Positions 11,644 to 21,780 of a DNA stretch of 64,000 nt are shown here, one piece after another. The stretch lies in the NCBI GenBank assembly GCA_963701095.1, contig OY969564.1, positions 928,001 to 992,000 on the forward strand, written 5' to 3'. Both the position numbers and the translations under genes were made by a program. Below the pieces are notes generated by a model. It made no database searches. It was given only the letters and a program-made list of their open reading frames with translations, and was not told the DNA's origin. Numbering within the stretch: position 1 is the stretch's first letter; each line of letters opens with the position of its first letter. This DNA is from an uncultured Methanoregulaceae archaeon. GTDB lineage: Archaea; Halobacteriota; Methanomicrobia; Methanomicrobiales; Methanospirillaceae.

Positions 11644-12763
11644 ATGAAACCGGTGTATGTGAAGGGCCTGCCGCCCACTCCTGATACCGGAGTAATCTCG
11701 TCCGCAATCAGAAATGTCATCCTGAAGGCGACAGACAACCTTGCATGGCTCTCGGCGGGGGAAACAGTTCTCCTCAAACCAGCCCTGAACTCACCCGACC
11801 CGTACCCATCTACCACGCACCCACTCGCAGTCAGCGTCACGGCAGGGCTTCTCGCCGACAGGGGCGCAAAAGTCGTGATTGGGGACCAATCCGGTATAGA
11901 GCACGTCCTCCACCATCCTGGTGGCGTGATCCATGGAAGGACTATTGATAACTACGCCCGGTCTGGCATGGGTGGCCGGAATGATACCAAGTTCGTAGGC
12001 TTTGAGGACGGTGGGTGGGACGAAGGTTTCTTCCATCACCATTCGGCAAATACCGCATCGTGGCGTAACGGATTTTATGTAACGTTATGGGCAAAGAAAG
12101 TTGACCACATCATAAGTCTGCCCCGGGTGAGTGCACACGCCCAGGCCGGGGCTACGCTGGGCCTCAAAAGCATGGTGGGGATGTTGAGGGAGGACAGTAG
12201 GATGGAATTCCACGCGAACGGGCCTTTGAATGGGTTCATTGTCCGGTCAGCAAAGGGCAGCACCCTTAAATCATCCGACGACGGAACCGAAACATTCTTC
12301 GAAAAGATCGTTGAGATAAGTGACGCGATTCGCGAGAAGCTCAGGCTTACCCTCTATGTCGCGACAGACTGTGCAGGCTACCTTCGGGCCGAACCAGTAC
12401 GGCATACGACTAGGCCGGACCGGTCTCGGTCGGGCGTATGTGGTGCAACCTGAACCCGGGCTCATCTTCGGCAGCGCAGACCAGATAGCAGCAGAATCTG
12501 TAGCGCTAGCAGTACTCAAAGATGCAAAAGGTACCGTGCCATTGCTTCCGCGGTGTATCCAGCGGATGGCGCTTTTCAGTAACCCGTATATTCCGGGCCT
12601 CGACCTTACGGATGTCTGCCACCACCCGTATATCCGGCACGGGATGAAGATCGGTCTTGGGGAGATGCCAGGGGAGTTAGTCTTCGAGGATGTACCTATG
12701 CAGGTCCGGCAACGGTTGAATGAATTGCTTAAGCAGCCGGATAAAACCCGGAAAAACAGATAA
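11644..12763 (+). CDS. DUF362-domain protein (apparent frameshift near 12370)
   Basis: VLLKPALN...TTHP, VVIGDQSG, IISLPRVSAH...TLGLKSMVG. Continues in the 12320..12763 frame. Confidence 0.8.
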
Positions 12764-12767
12764 TCCT

Positions 12768-12957
12768 ATGGCACCACAAGCGAAACTTTTCCTATGAATT
12801 TTGCTTGAATGCCATTATATCTACGATCCGTCAAGGGGTGATGCTGAAGGCCGGATACCCATGGTGTGCCGTTGGAAGAACTTCCGGATATCTGGCGCTA
12901 CCCTGTTTGGGCGTATTAAAGATCAAGAGGGGTGTGTTCAGACAGCTCGAAAATTGA
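12768..12957 (+). pseudogene. Degenerate rubredoxin
   Basis: LECHYIYDPSRGD..I and, after a frameshift, GVPLEELPDIWRYPVW. The rubredoxin pattern is clear but the second CxxC is replaced by Y/W, followed by a stop. Confidence 0.7.
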
Positions 12958-13163
12958 GCCGAAAACTTTCACATTTTTATACTTCACGGAAGAGACACGG
13001 AATCCAGTCATGCGTCCGGGTGAAAATGATCAAAACAAAAATGAGACTCTCATTAACCTATCAATATTGACTCTGCAAAGTCCCGATAACATAAACATTC
13101 CGAATCTCAGAAGTTCTCACGATTTGGGAAGAACGAGATTCTCCGGGTATTGAAAATACGGTT

Positions 13164-14582
13164 CTATTCCTCTTTTTCAATGGTAATCTCACCGGATTTT
13201 ATTGCATCGAGGAATACTTCATAATCCTTCGTTGTCTGCTCAGCGTATATTCCTGCAAATGAACCGATTGCCTTATCGAAGACATCGGATTTTCCTATAT
13301 ATCCGTAGATTATTGAGGCATCTCCCGACCGGGCGTGGGTGAGCGCCAGGGTCCATCCACAGGTTTCTGCATAGTGTGAAACCTGTTTTGGGGTCATTGT
13401 TGAAATATCAAAGGAGAATTTCATATCCCGTAGTTGGCGGATATAAAATTGTTTTTTATATGTGCCAGTTCCGGTAGTCCAGCCAAGAAGGATATCGCTC
13501 GCCGACTGCATAAGGCGTTGGCCTGCTACAACCCTTTCTCCATGGTGATCGAATTCACTTTTTCCTGCGTAGGATTCAAGGACAGACGCTCGGGCCTCTT
13601 TAATCTGGAGTAAAAGGGTATCATTAATCTCTGCCATTAAAAGTGCAACGCCACACCATGTACCCACACTCCCGATACCTACAACTTTATGGACAATATC
13701 CTCGATATGATAGCGGTCAAACAATACCTGGCGTTCAGAAGCAAGGGTTTTGCGATACGTCCGGAATGCATTTAGGATATCTTCATGAACATTTTCTTCA
13801 GGAAGAGGATGGTACACGAGAGGGGGCTGGTCAACAATACGTTTTCTTCCATTTTGGGCCTCGGTAATTTTAGGAAATACGGATTTTGCAGCATTTTCTT
13901 TTGCTCCTTTAATTATACGTTCCACATCCTGTTTTGTCGCAGTATCGGGTGCCGAAGCAAGGAGAAAATCAGCGTCAAGTTTGGTGTACCACAGATCAAG
14001 CACATCCATTGTAGAAAACTGTGCAATTGCTTTACGGTAGGCCCGGACACAACTTCTCGCGATAGTCTTACAATCCTTATCTGAAAATCCTTTATCAAGG
14101 GAGGCTATGTAGAAGCTTGCCGAAAGACGTTTAATATCCCATTCGAATGGTGCAGGCAGGGTTTCATCAAAATCGTTGACGTCAAAAATAATATTCCGTT
14201 CCGGAGTGGCAAACAATCCAAAATTGGAAAGATGGCAATCACCGCATGCCTGAACCCTGATATTCGTTGTCGGTGTCTGTGCGAGATCCATTGCCATGAG
14301 CGAAGCTGTGCCCCGGTAAAAGGCAAAGGCATTGACTGACATGCGACCATAGCGAATGGGGATGAGATTCTCAATCCTTCCTTCATTTGCATTTTTTATG
14401 AATTTACCCGGATCAGGTCTGTCAAAAGATCCGCCACATTCAGCATGTGATTCCCTTGGGATCTTCCTTCGCAGGGATTTTCCCTCCTCCCGACGCTGCT
14501 TTACCGATTTATACTCTGAACTGAATCGTGCAACACCGAATACATCATGTTCCACAGTCGTTTTCTGTCTCATATTTTCCAA
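13164..14582 (-). CDS. DUF2252-family protein (kinase-like fold)
   Basis: IRYGRM...FAFYRG, QACGDCHLSNFG, FDVNDFDE, KVVGIGSVG, LQIKEA, FYIRQLRDMK, HARSGD. Confidence 0.88.
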   Translation of the reverse strand: MENMRQKTTVEHDVFGVARFSSEYKSVKQRREEGKSLRRKIPRESHAECGGSFDRPDPGKFIKNANEGRIENLIPIRYGRMSVNAFAFYRGTASLMAMDLAQTPTTNIRVQACGDCHLSNFGLFATPERNIIFDVNDFDETLPAPFEWDIKRLSASFYIASLDKGFSDKDCKTIARSCVRAYRKAIAQFSTMDVLDLWYTKLDADFLLASAPDTATKQDVERIIKGAKENAAKSVFPKITEAQNGRKRIVDQPPLVYHPLPEENVHEDILNAFRTYRKTLASERQVLFDRYHIEDIVHKVVGIGSVGTWCGVALLMAEINDTLLLQIKEARASVLESYAGKSEFDHHGERVVAGQRLMQSASDILLGWTTGTGTYKKQFYIRQLRDMKFSFDISTMTPKQVSHYAETCGWTLALTHARSGDASIIYGYIGKSDVFDKAIGSFAGIYAEQTTKDYEVFLDAIKSGEITIEKEE

Positions 14583-14696
14583 CCTGCATTCTCTTGCAAA
14601 TTGAGTGTTTTAAAAATCAAAGTAATATCCGTTCCATCCCATCAGAGAAAAGGATAATGAGATAAGATAAATTGTATGTTTTATCCGTTCCTAGAT

Positions 14697-15179
14697 TTAC
14701 GTGGTTTTCACTGTCGCGGTTGGGGTTATTGGCTGGACATTTTGTCCATTCTTCCAAACACTACTCGTTGTCGTACCTGATTGTATCCCGAGCGCCGCCA
14801 TAAGCTGAGCCGACGTAATGGTGGTCCCTGTTTCCGCAGACAATTGTGCTGCAGAGTACGTGTAGTTGATTGTATGACTCTGGGGTGGAGGGATCATGGC
14901 ATTTACGAGATTACTTTCGGATACCCCGAGGATCTGGGCAGCTGCTTCAAACTGTGTCATGTTGCTCTGAAAATGACCCCCCACGTAAGCTCCCGGCAGG
15001 GCAACGGCTGTTTCCTGAGAGGTAGGGGTTACCGTTGTCGGGGAAACGGTACCTTGAGCGGGAGTCCCGGAGGATGTCTGGGTACAGCCAGCCACAGCAA
15101 GACTCATAATAAGTAACATTGATACGGTGATACCGATATACCCGCATTTTTTAAAAGATTCTCGTTTCTGGATTTTCAT
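14697..15179 (-). CDS. Putative lipoprotein, hypothetical
   Basis: Signal ending AVAGC, Thr-rich linker, AAAQILGVSE/AALG helical repeats. Confidence 0.65.
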   Translation of the reverse strand: MKIQKRESFKKCGYIGITVSMLLIMSLAVAGCTQTSSGTPAQGTVSPTTVTPTSQETAVALPGAYVGGHFQSNMTQFEAAAQILGVSESNLVNAMIPPPQSHTINYTYSAAQLSAETGTTITSAQLMAALGIQSGTTTSSVWKNGQNVQPITPTATVKTT

Positions 15180-15422
15180 AGATCATCACATTCCATTGAA
15201 GAAATCCTTCCAGAGCGAAAACGACCGGATCACCCGGAAAGGCGCGTCTATCATTTCCTATGGTGTGCCTATCAACCATTTTCTCGGATAAACATTTCGA
15301 GTGTTTGCATTTTTTGAAATGCTTTATAGAAACAAAACCCGGTTAAAAGAGTTGTGGCAAGAAATGGTGGCGCTTACCCGGAGGGGGTAATTATTATCAT
15401 TTATAAAACATATTTTGGATAC

Positions 15423-16280
15423 ATGAAACACATCCACGGTGTTTTCCTGTTATCTGTGCTGCTTATAGGACTTCTTTTCATGGCCGGATGCACCAGTTCG
15501 ACCCCTGAATCCTCATCAACTCCCGTGGCGACACCAACGCCACAAGTTGTAATAACAATGGCCACACCAACAGCGGCAGTTACTATACCGACGCAGGTTA
15601 TAGCCACACCAACCATCCCATCCATGAATTACAGCGCTGACCAGGTTGACAGCCATTTTATGGACATTGCGTTCACAAGCAAATCGCAGACACTCGGACA
15701 ATTGAGTGCAACGGGAAATAAGGTTGCTATTATAGGAGTGTATAGCAACGATGACGTAAACACCCTGAGTTCCTTCTTGCAGGAATTTAATACACTTTCT
15801 CCGGCAGCTCAGTTACCGACGACACCGATCCAGTCAGGTACAAGTGGCGACATCACGCTGAATTTCCTGCCTGAATCAACCCTGAATAATCTTGCACAGC
15901 AACAGCCGACCGTCGGCCAGGTTAACAAGGAAAGTAACGGGGAAATAGCGTCAATTTATGAAACGGCTACCAGTTTGGGGGGGAACGCGACCTACGAGTA
16001 TACGAAACGATCCGGCACAGTTGTCATTAATAATAATTTAAACGGAGACGAGCGGACGCATTATATGATACTTGGTCTTCTCTACTATCTTGGATTTGTT
16101 GGCCAGACAACAACCTATAAGGATAGCATATTCTACGCCGGGCAGAACAATATAACCATGCCGAATGGTATTGACTGGCAGGCTATCGATCTAATGTATG
16201 CAGGAAATATAATGCCCGGAATGACCTACAACAATGTAAACAACGTCCTTCACGGTTTGCCGGTAAACACCGGTTTCTAG
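15423..16280 (+). CDS. Putative lipoprotein (DUF2927-like)
   Basis: Lipobox MAGC, Thr/Pro linker, HFMDIAF and ERTHYMILGLLYYLGF...YKDSIFY. Confidence 0.6.
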   Translation: MKHIHGVFLLSVLLIGLLFMAGCTSSTPESSSTPVATPTPQVVITMATPTAAVTIPTQVIATPTIPSMNYSADQVDSHFMDIAFTSKSQTLGQLSATGNKVAIIGVYSNDDVNTLSSFLQEFNTLSPAAQLPTTPIQSGTSGDITLNFLPESTLNNLAQQQPTVGQVNKESNGEIASIYETATSLGGNATYEYTKRSGTVVINNNLNGDERTHYMILGLLYYLGFVGQTTTYKDSIFYAGQNNITMPNGIDWQAIDLMYAGNIMPGMTYNNVNNVLHGLPVNTGF

Positions 16281-16311
16281 GAAACTGGCGAAATAATTCT
16301 TTTTTTTAGGA

Positions 16312-16334
16312 TTCCGGAAAAATATTGTCCGGAA
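16312..16334. terminator. Palindrome and T-tract between convergent genes
   Basis: ttccggaaaaatattgtccggaa is a near-perfect 23-bp inverted repeat, preceded by a T-run near 16300. Confidence 0.45.
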
Positions 16335-16493
16335 TTATAACCAAAACAACAACAACCCGCCGATCACCAGAAGAATAGCAACAAGGATGAGGAGCGGAAT
16401 TATAAACACTACTATTGCAAGAAGCATCAGCAATGCAAGGATGAGACCAAGTGCTAAAAATCCGATGCTGAGAATACCGAGAAGTCCAATCAT
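16335..16493 (-). CDS. 52-aa extremely hydrophobic small membrane protein
   Basis: Manual translation: MIGLLGILSIGFLALGLILALLMLLAIVVFIIPLLILVAILLVIGGLLLFWL*. Below the ORF-track size cut-off. Confidence 0.65.
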   Translation of the reverse strand: MIGLLGILSIGFLALGLILALLMLLAIVVFIIPLLILVAILLVIGGLLLFWL

Positions 16494-16651
16494 TTTTTTA
16501 TGACCGCGTCAGATATCCGTTGGAGTGCAGATGATAAAGGATTGACTATGAAAATCTTCCTCCGACATCTGATATGTACTATCGCTATATTTTTTCTATC
16601 AGCTTGCGAATAATGTTTCCGCAATTCCAAAAAAAAGGAGGTGCCTATTTC

Positions 16652-17017
16652 ATGCCCAAACGTATTGATACCGGGACACCGGAAGGAGAGGCAATCGGTT
16701 TCTCGGGCTCGCTCTTTTCCGGCTGGCTAGAGCTCTATGATGACTGTAGGATTTATCTCTATTACATCATTTCACGGTTCAAGGACCAGGGCAATACCCA
16801 GATTCTTATCAGAAGGTGGCTGAGGGAGGGATACGACATCCGGATCGTTATGCCGTGTCCAATCATGAGACATATCATTGGCAAGTTCGGGTTTGAGCAG
16901 GCCACTGAATATCTTCCCGCTCACTATGATGATGAAGTCGAGGTCTGGCGCCGGCCATCATCACTTGAGACTCACACGTATAGCGCCGGTACTCTTTCCA
17001 CGGTCCATTCTCGCTAG
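16652..17017 (+). CDS. Hypothetical protein, possibly GNAT-like fold
   Basis: GGAGGTG SD before ATG 16652. IISRFKDQGN and IIGKFGF resemble GNAT motifs A and B. Confidence 0.55.
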   Translation: MPKRIDTGTPEGEAIGFSGSLFSGWLELYDDCRIYLYYIISRFKDQGNTQILIRRWLREGYDIRIVMPCPIMRHIIGKFGFEQATEYLPAHYDDEVEVWRRPSSLETHTYSAGTLSTVHSR

Positions 17018-17139
17018 CGAAGTGCCAGTGCAAACTTCACCTATTATGCAGTTTCACACTCCGCTCCTGATGGTTCATATGGGGCAGCAGTCAAGTCTTC
17101 TCCAACCAGATTTTATTCCCATCTGCAAGAGGAAGGTAC

Positions 17140-18471
17140 TTGGCATCACTACAATGTCCCACAAAAAGTCCGGCAAAGAAGAGCCGTAAGACGACTCGTG
17201 GCCTGCTCCGGAAATATTGGGGCTACCCTTCATTTCTCCCTCTCCAAGATGCAATAATAAACGCGGTCATTGCAGGTCAGGATACTTTAGCCGTTCTTGC
17301 TACCGGGAGCGGAAAATCGATCTGCTACCAGGTACCGGGGTTGTATCTTGGTGGTCTCACGGTTGTCATCTCCCCTCTCATCTCTCTCATGAAAGACCAG
17401 GCCGATGATCTCAATGCCCGGGGGATACCAGCCGCTGCCTGCACCGGTGCACTTGATTACAGAGAACGTGCACACGTCATCACAGACATAAAAGAAGGAA
17501 GGCTGAGGTTCCTGTTCATCTCACCGGAAAAAGCAGTGCAGGCCGGTTTTCTTGAGATCCTTTCTTCGGCACCAGTCCGTCTCATCGCTGTCGATGAAGC
17601 TCATTGCATTTCGGAATGGGGTCACCACTTCCGGCCTGAGTACCGTGAACTGGCCCGGTTCAGGAACCATTTCCCTGGTGTTCCGGTCATTGCTCTTACA
17701 GCAACTGCAATACCTGAAGTCAGGGAGGATATCTGCCGGCAGCTCAGCCTTGTTCGTGTCCAGAAATTTGAGGGCAGATTTAACCGGGAAAATCTTACCT
17801 ACACGGTTATGGAAAAGAAAAACCCGCTTGTCCTCCTGACCGATATACTCAACCGGCACAAAAACGAACCCGGAATTATTTACTGCATGAACCGGAAAAC
17901 AACTTTTGAGCTGGCCGGAGAACTGCGTAAAAAAGGATTTGAGGCACGTGCCTACAACGCAGGTATTTCCGGGCCGGTAAGGGCAGGAATCCAGGAGGCG
18001 TTCCTGAAAAACACCGTGCAGATCATTTGTGCGACTATCGCTTTTGGCATGGGAATCGACAAGCCCGATATCCGCTTTGTTGTCCATTACGATCTCCCGA
18101 AAAGTATCGAATCCTATTACCAGGAGACCGGCCGGGCGGGGCGGGACAGAAGACCTGCCGAATGCATTCTCTTCTATAGCAAGACTGATGCAGAGAACTT
18201 CCGAAATCTTTTATCATACGGTTGCAAGAACAACCGGGCGTTAAAAACGGCACAGGATAAATTCCGCGATCTGTGTCATTTCTGCGAAGTTACCTCTTGT
18301 AAGAGGAGTTTCCTGCTTGCATATTTTGGTGAGTCTCCGGGCCCTGAAGGTTGTGCGATATGCGAGACCTGTACGCATTCACTCGTACCTTTGGAAAAAA
18401 GGGCCAGTCGTAAAAAAACCAAGGAATACCGTGGGAGATTTACGAGCCTAAATCCTATTCCTGCCAGCTGA
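17140..18471 (+). CDS. recQ: RecQ-family ATP-dependent DNA helicase (compact; no HRDC domain seen)
   Basis: ATGSGKS, VDEAHCISEWGHHFRPEY, ATIAFGMGIDK, YYQETGRAGRD, C-terminal Zn motif. Start uncertain. Confidence 0.93.
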   Translation: MASLQCPTKSPAKKSRKTTRGLLRKYWGYPSFLPLQDAIINAVIAGQDTLAVLATGSGKSICYQVPGLYLGGLTVVISPLISLMKDQADDLNARGIPAAACTGALDYRERAHVITDIKEGRLRFLFISPEKAVQAGFLEILSSAPVRLIAVDEAHCISEWGHHFRPEYRELARFRNHFPGVPVIALTATAIPEVREDICRQLSLVRVQKFEGRFNRENLTYTVMEKKNPLVLLTDILNRHKNEPGIIYCMNRKTTFELAGELRKKGFEARAYNAGISGPVRAGIQEAFLKNTVQIICATIAFGMGIDKPDIRFVVHYDLPKSIESYYQETGRAGRDRRPAECILFYSKTDAENFRNLLSYGCKNNRALKTAQDKFRDLCHFCEVTSCKRSFLLAYFGESPGPEGCAICETCTHSLVPLEKRASRKKTKEYRGRFTSLNPIPAS

Positions 18472-18530
18472 CTGCAGTCTTACCCGATCCCGAGTGTTTA
18501 AAAAGGCTGCATTCGGATATTCCTCATAAC

Positions 18531-20084
18531 ATGATCGACATCTCCGGCATTCCCGAAAATCCCGGCTGCTACCTCTACGCTGACGAACACGGGACAATTA
18601 TCTACGTCGGGAAAGCTAAGAACCTCAAAAAAAGAGTGTCGAATTACTTTACCAAAAAAGATCATGATGCGAAGACAAGGAGTCTAGTTTCTCATATCGC
18701 GTCAGTTGATGTTGTTGTTACCGATAACGAAACCGAGGCATTCCTTCTTGAAAACACGCTTATCAAAAAACACCAGCCGAAATATAACATCGATTTAAAA
18801 GACGCAAAACGTTATGCATGGATAGAGCTGACCTGGGAAGAGTACCCGCGACTGGTGATCGCTCGCCGGGCAACTGGAAACGGAACCTTTTTTGGACCAT
18901 TTGTTTCCGCGGCTGAACGCGATCGAGTACTCAACGTCGCAAAGAAAATCTTTCACCTCCGGACCTGTAGAAAACTTCCGAAACGACCCTGCCTCCGGCT
19001 GCATATGCAGTCCTGCAGTGCCCCTTGCATTGGTGTCGTGAGCCCCGGGGAATACGAAGAAAATGTCAAAAAAGCATCACTTCTTCTCAAAGGAAAATCC
19101 ACAGAGCTGCTCACTAGACTCCGGGACGAGATGGCTGCTCGGGCAAAAGAAAAAGAGTACGAACGAGCCCTTGCGTTACGCAATGAAATTACAGCAATCG
19201 AACATCTTTCCGAACGCCAGCATGTGGAGCGCCGTCGTACCTACGACCAGGATGTTATTGCATGGCAGGTCACCGAAGGGAGGGTTTATCTTGTCGTTTT
19301 CAATGTTGAACGGGGAACGCTCACAAACAAAGAGGAATTCACCTTCGATGCCGGAGAAGATTTCTTCGAAGAGTTTCTTGTCCAGTATTATTCTGACCGC
19401 GAACCCCCAAAAGAACTGATCCTTGATCGTGAGACTGATCCGGCCCTTGCATCATTCCTTTCGGTGAAAAAAGGCCAGCAGGTAGACATTATGGTCCCGC
19501 AACGGGGAGATAAACGGTTGTTACTTGACCTTGCCCAAAAAAACCTCGAGGTTGCATTCTTCCGCGATACGCTCAAGAGTGTTGAACTGGCTGCAGCCCT
19601 CAATCTGCCATTTGCGCCTTCAGTAATCGAATGTTTTGATATCTCTCATCTTGCCGGTACGGCCATGGTCGGGTCCATGGTGCAGTTTCGGGACGGAAAA
19701 CCGGATAAAAGCAATTATCGGCGTTTTAAGATCAAGACAGTTGAGGGAATTGACGATTTTGCATCCATAGCAGAGATTGTAAAAAGGCGGTACCGGCGTC
19801 TGGTCGAAGAGCATGCTCCTTTTCCAGACCTTGTGATTGTCGACGGAGGAAAAGGGCAGCTTACTGCTACCCGAGAAGCCCTAGCCTCGCTCGGGGTCAC
19901 GGGGCAGCTGGTTATTGCTATTGCAAAACGCGAAGAAGACATCTATGTGCCAAACGACGATCTCCCGCTCCGGCTCGATAAGAAAAGTATTGCACTCCGC
20001 TATGTCCAGGAAATCCGGAATGAGGCGCACCGGTTTGCAATTACCTATAACCGGCTGCTTCGGAAAAAGAAGATCGTTGGGTGA
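18531..20084 (+). CDS. uvrC: Excinuclease ABC subunit C
   Basis: GIY-YIG (PGCYLY...IYVGKAKNLKKRV), ECFDISH, PDLVIVDGGKGQL, RNEAHRFAI. Confidence 0.96.
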   Translation: MIDISGIPENPGCYLYADEHGTIIYVGKAKNLKKRVSNYFTKKDHDAKTRSLVSHIASVDVVVTDNETEAFLLENTLIKKHQPKYNIDLKDAKRYAWIELTWEEYPRLVIARRATGNGTFFGPFVSAAERDRVLNVAKKIFHLRTCRKLPKRPCLRLHMQSCSAPCIGVVSPGEYEENVKKASLLLKGKSTELLTRLRDEMAARAKEKEYERALALRNEITAIEHLSERQHVERRRTYDQDVIAWQVTEGRVYLVVFNVERGTLTNKEEFTFDAGEDFFEEFLVQYYSDREPPKELILDRETDPALASFLSVKKGQQVDIMVPQRGDKRLLLDLAQKNLEVAFFRDTLKSVELAAALNLPFAPSVIECFDISHLAGTAMVGSMVQFRDGKPDKSNYRRFKIKTVEGIDDFASIAEIVKRRYRRLVEEHAPFPDLVIVDGGKGQLTATREALASLGVTGQLVIAIAKREEDIYVPNDDLPLRLDKKSIALRYVQEIRNEAHRFAITYNRLLRKKKIVG

Positions 20085-20125
20085 GCGTCTGCATATATAA
20101 ACAACCGAAAAATGAGATGAAGTCA

Positions 20126-20174
20126 AAAGTATTTATAGTAGATGATATACTATTCTCGTAAAAGATAAAGGAGA
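20126..20174 (+). promoter_or_regulatory. Putative BRE/TATA and SD for the encapsulin operon
   Basis: aaaagTATTTATAg at ~20126-20139 and AAGGAG shortly before ATG 20180. Confidence 0.45.
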
Positions 20175-20179
20175 AAATC

Positions 20180-20554
20180 ATGCCAGACTTTTTAAACCCA
20201 TTTAGTGGCACCGTTCCGGACAGGAAGCTGACTGAAGAAGAACTCATCAGGGCCGTCCGGCTTGATATAGCCGGTGAACTTGAAGCGATTCACGGTTACA
20301 TGTCCCATGCAGAGGCAACCGATAATGTACTTGCAAAGGCTGTGCTCATCGATATTGCTAACGAGGAGCGGGTCCATGTAGGTGAACTTATCCGACTCCT
20401 AGGAATCCTGACAAAAGGAAAAGAGGACGAGTTTCTCCTGAAAGGGAAATCTGAAGTGGATGCTACCGCAGCCGGGCTCGTGATTCCTTCTTCCGTAGCA
20501 ATGGCACCCAAAGAAGAACCGACGATTGGATCACTCAAAACAAATGGAGTATAA
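20180..20554 (+). CDS. Encapsulin cargo, ferritin-like protein with C-terminal targeting peptide
   Basis: Di-iron helices ELEAIHGY and NEERVH, a flexible linker, then PTIGSLK, matching the LTVGSL-type cargo-loading peptide. Confidence 0.88.
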   Translation: MPDFLNPFSGTVPDRKLTEEELIRAVRLDIAGELEAIHGYMSHAEATDNVLAKAVLIDIANEERVHVGELIRLLGILTKGKEDEFLLKGKSEVDATAAGLVIPSSVAMAPKEEPTIGSLKTNGV

Positions 20555-20557
20555 CGT

Positions 20558-21346
20558 ATGGTAAACAATTATCTTGCACGGGACGATGCACCAATTGATG
20601 CAGCCTCGTGGAAACTGATCGATGATGTGATGGTCAAGGCTGCAAAAAGCCAGATCGTAGGGCGCCGGATTCTCCCCATCGAAGGTCCCTTCGGTTTTGG
20701 TCTCAAAGTTATCCCTCTTGGAGATTATGCGGTCGATGATGGCCTCATAGGAAGTACTGCGATCCCCCTGACGATGATCAGGACGGAATTTTCTCTTGCC
20801 AAACGCGATCTTGCTTCTTTCGAACGCGACCACCTTGTTCTGGATACGAATCCGGTATCAGATGCGGCAATGGAAGCCGCTGAAAAAGAGGACAAGATCA
20901 TATTCTCGGGACTTCCCGGGATAGAAGGCCTGCTGAATGCAGAGGGATCCGGTTCGCTTACCCTTACAAAGTGGGACAAAGTCGGTGCAGCAGCAGATCA
21001 GATTATTAACGCTGTGACAAAACTTGATGAAGCAGGGTTCCACGGGCCATACACCATGGCACTCGCCCCGGCGCAGTATAACCTGCTTCTGAGGCGGTAC
21101 CCCCAGGGAGATGGGACAGAACTCGATCATATCCGATCGATAGTCACTGAGGGCGTCGTAAAAGCCCCGGCACTCAAGAAAGGCGGAGTTCTGCTTGCGT
21201 CCGGAAGCCAGTACACATCTATAGCGATTGGCCAGGACATGGTTACCGGGTATAATGGTCCCATTGGCGATCTCCTCGAGTTCCAGATATACGAAAGCCT
21301 TGCGCTCCTCATCCGTGCACCTGAATCGATCCTTGTATTAAAGTGA
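20558..21346 (+). CDS. Family 1 encapsulin shell protein (Linocin M18 / HK97 fold)
   Basis: YLARDDAPI...W..ID, GRRILPIEGPFGFG, AEKEDKIIFSG, GPYTMAL, GQDMVTGY; 262 aa. Confidence 0.93.
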   Translation: MVNNYLARDDAPIDAASWKLIDDVMVKAAKSQIVGRRILPIEGPFGFGLKVIPLGDYAVDDGLIGSTAIPLTMIRTEFSLAKRDLASFERDHLVLDTNPVSDAAMEAAEKEDKIIFSGLPGIEGLLNAEGSGSLTLTKWDKVGAAADQIINAVTKLDEAGFHGPYTMALAPAQYNLLLRRYPQGDGTELDHIRSIVTEGVVKAPALKKGGVLLASGSQYTSIAIGQDMVTGYNGPIGDLLEFQIYESLALLIRAPESILVLK

Positions 21347-21384
21347 CCAATCCCTTTTTTGGGATATCAGTGTAATAACCAGAT

Positions 21385-21771
21385 ATGAATTTCCGGACCT
21401 GCTCCCTTTACGCATCGGTAGTTCTCATTGCGGTAGCGCTTGTCTTTGGCGCAGGGTGTCTCAGTACCACGAATGTTGAAGACAGCGCAGCAGGTCTTAT
21501 ACATACCCATTACCAATACCAGGATTCATGGTCGCCGGAATATGGCTGCTATGATGATCTGACAGGATACGTCTACAGTACCGGCAATGTCTCAACGACT
21601 GGCCTTAAACTCGATTTCAACCTGGTAAACACCGGAACCGGGACCATCCGGGATTCACGATCGGTCTATATCGGAAATCTTGGGCCGGGTCAGACACAGA
21701 ACTACGAGACAATTCTTGACGGCGAGTGCTCGCAGGATTACCGGGTTGATATTGCCTTTGAAAACACGTAA
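21385..21771 (+). CDS. Putative lipoprotein, hypothetical
   Basis: Signal ending GAGC and a small Ig-like beta domain (GYVYSTGN...IGNLGPGQ). Confidence 0.6.
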   Translation: MNFRTCSLYASVVLIAVALVFGAGCLSTTNVEDSAAGLIHTHYQYQDSWSPEYGCYDDLTGYVYSTGNVSTTGLKLDFNLVNTGTGTIRDSRSVYIGNLGPGQTQNYETILDGECSQDYRVDIAFENT

Positions 21772-21780
21772 GTGAAACAG

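Noticed and set aside
13102..13141. Hairpin GAATCTC...GAGATTC as an ncRNA or IS200-type end
   Set aside because: Single copy near a gene 3' end; most simply a terminator-like structure.
20558..21346. Encapsulin as a prophage major capsid protein
   Set aside because: No terminase, portal or tail genes, and a cargo gene with a loading peptide is adjacent.
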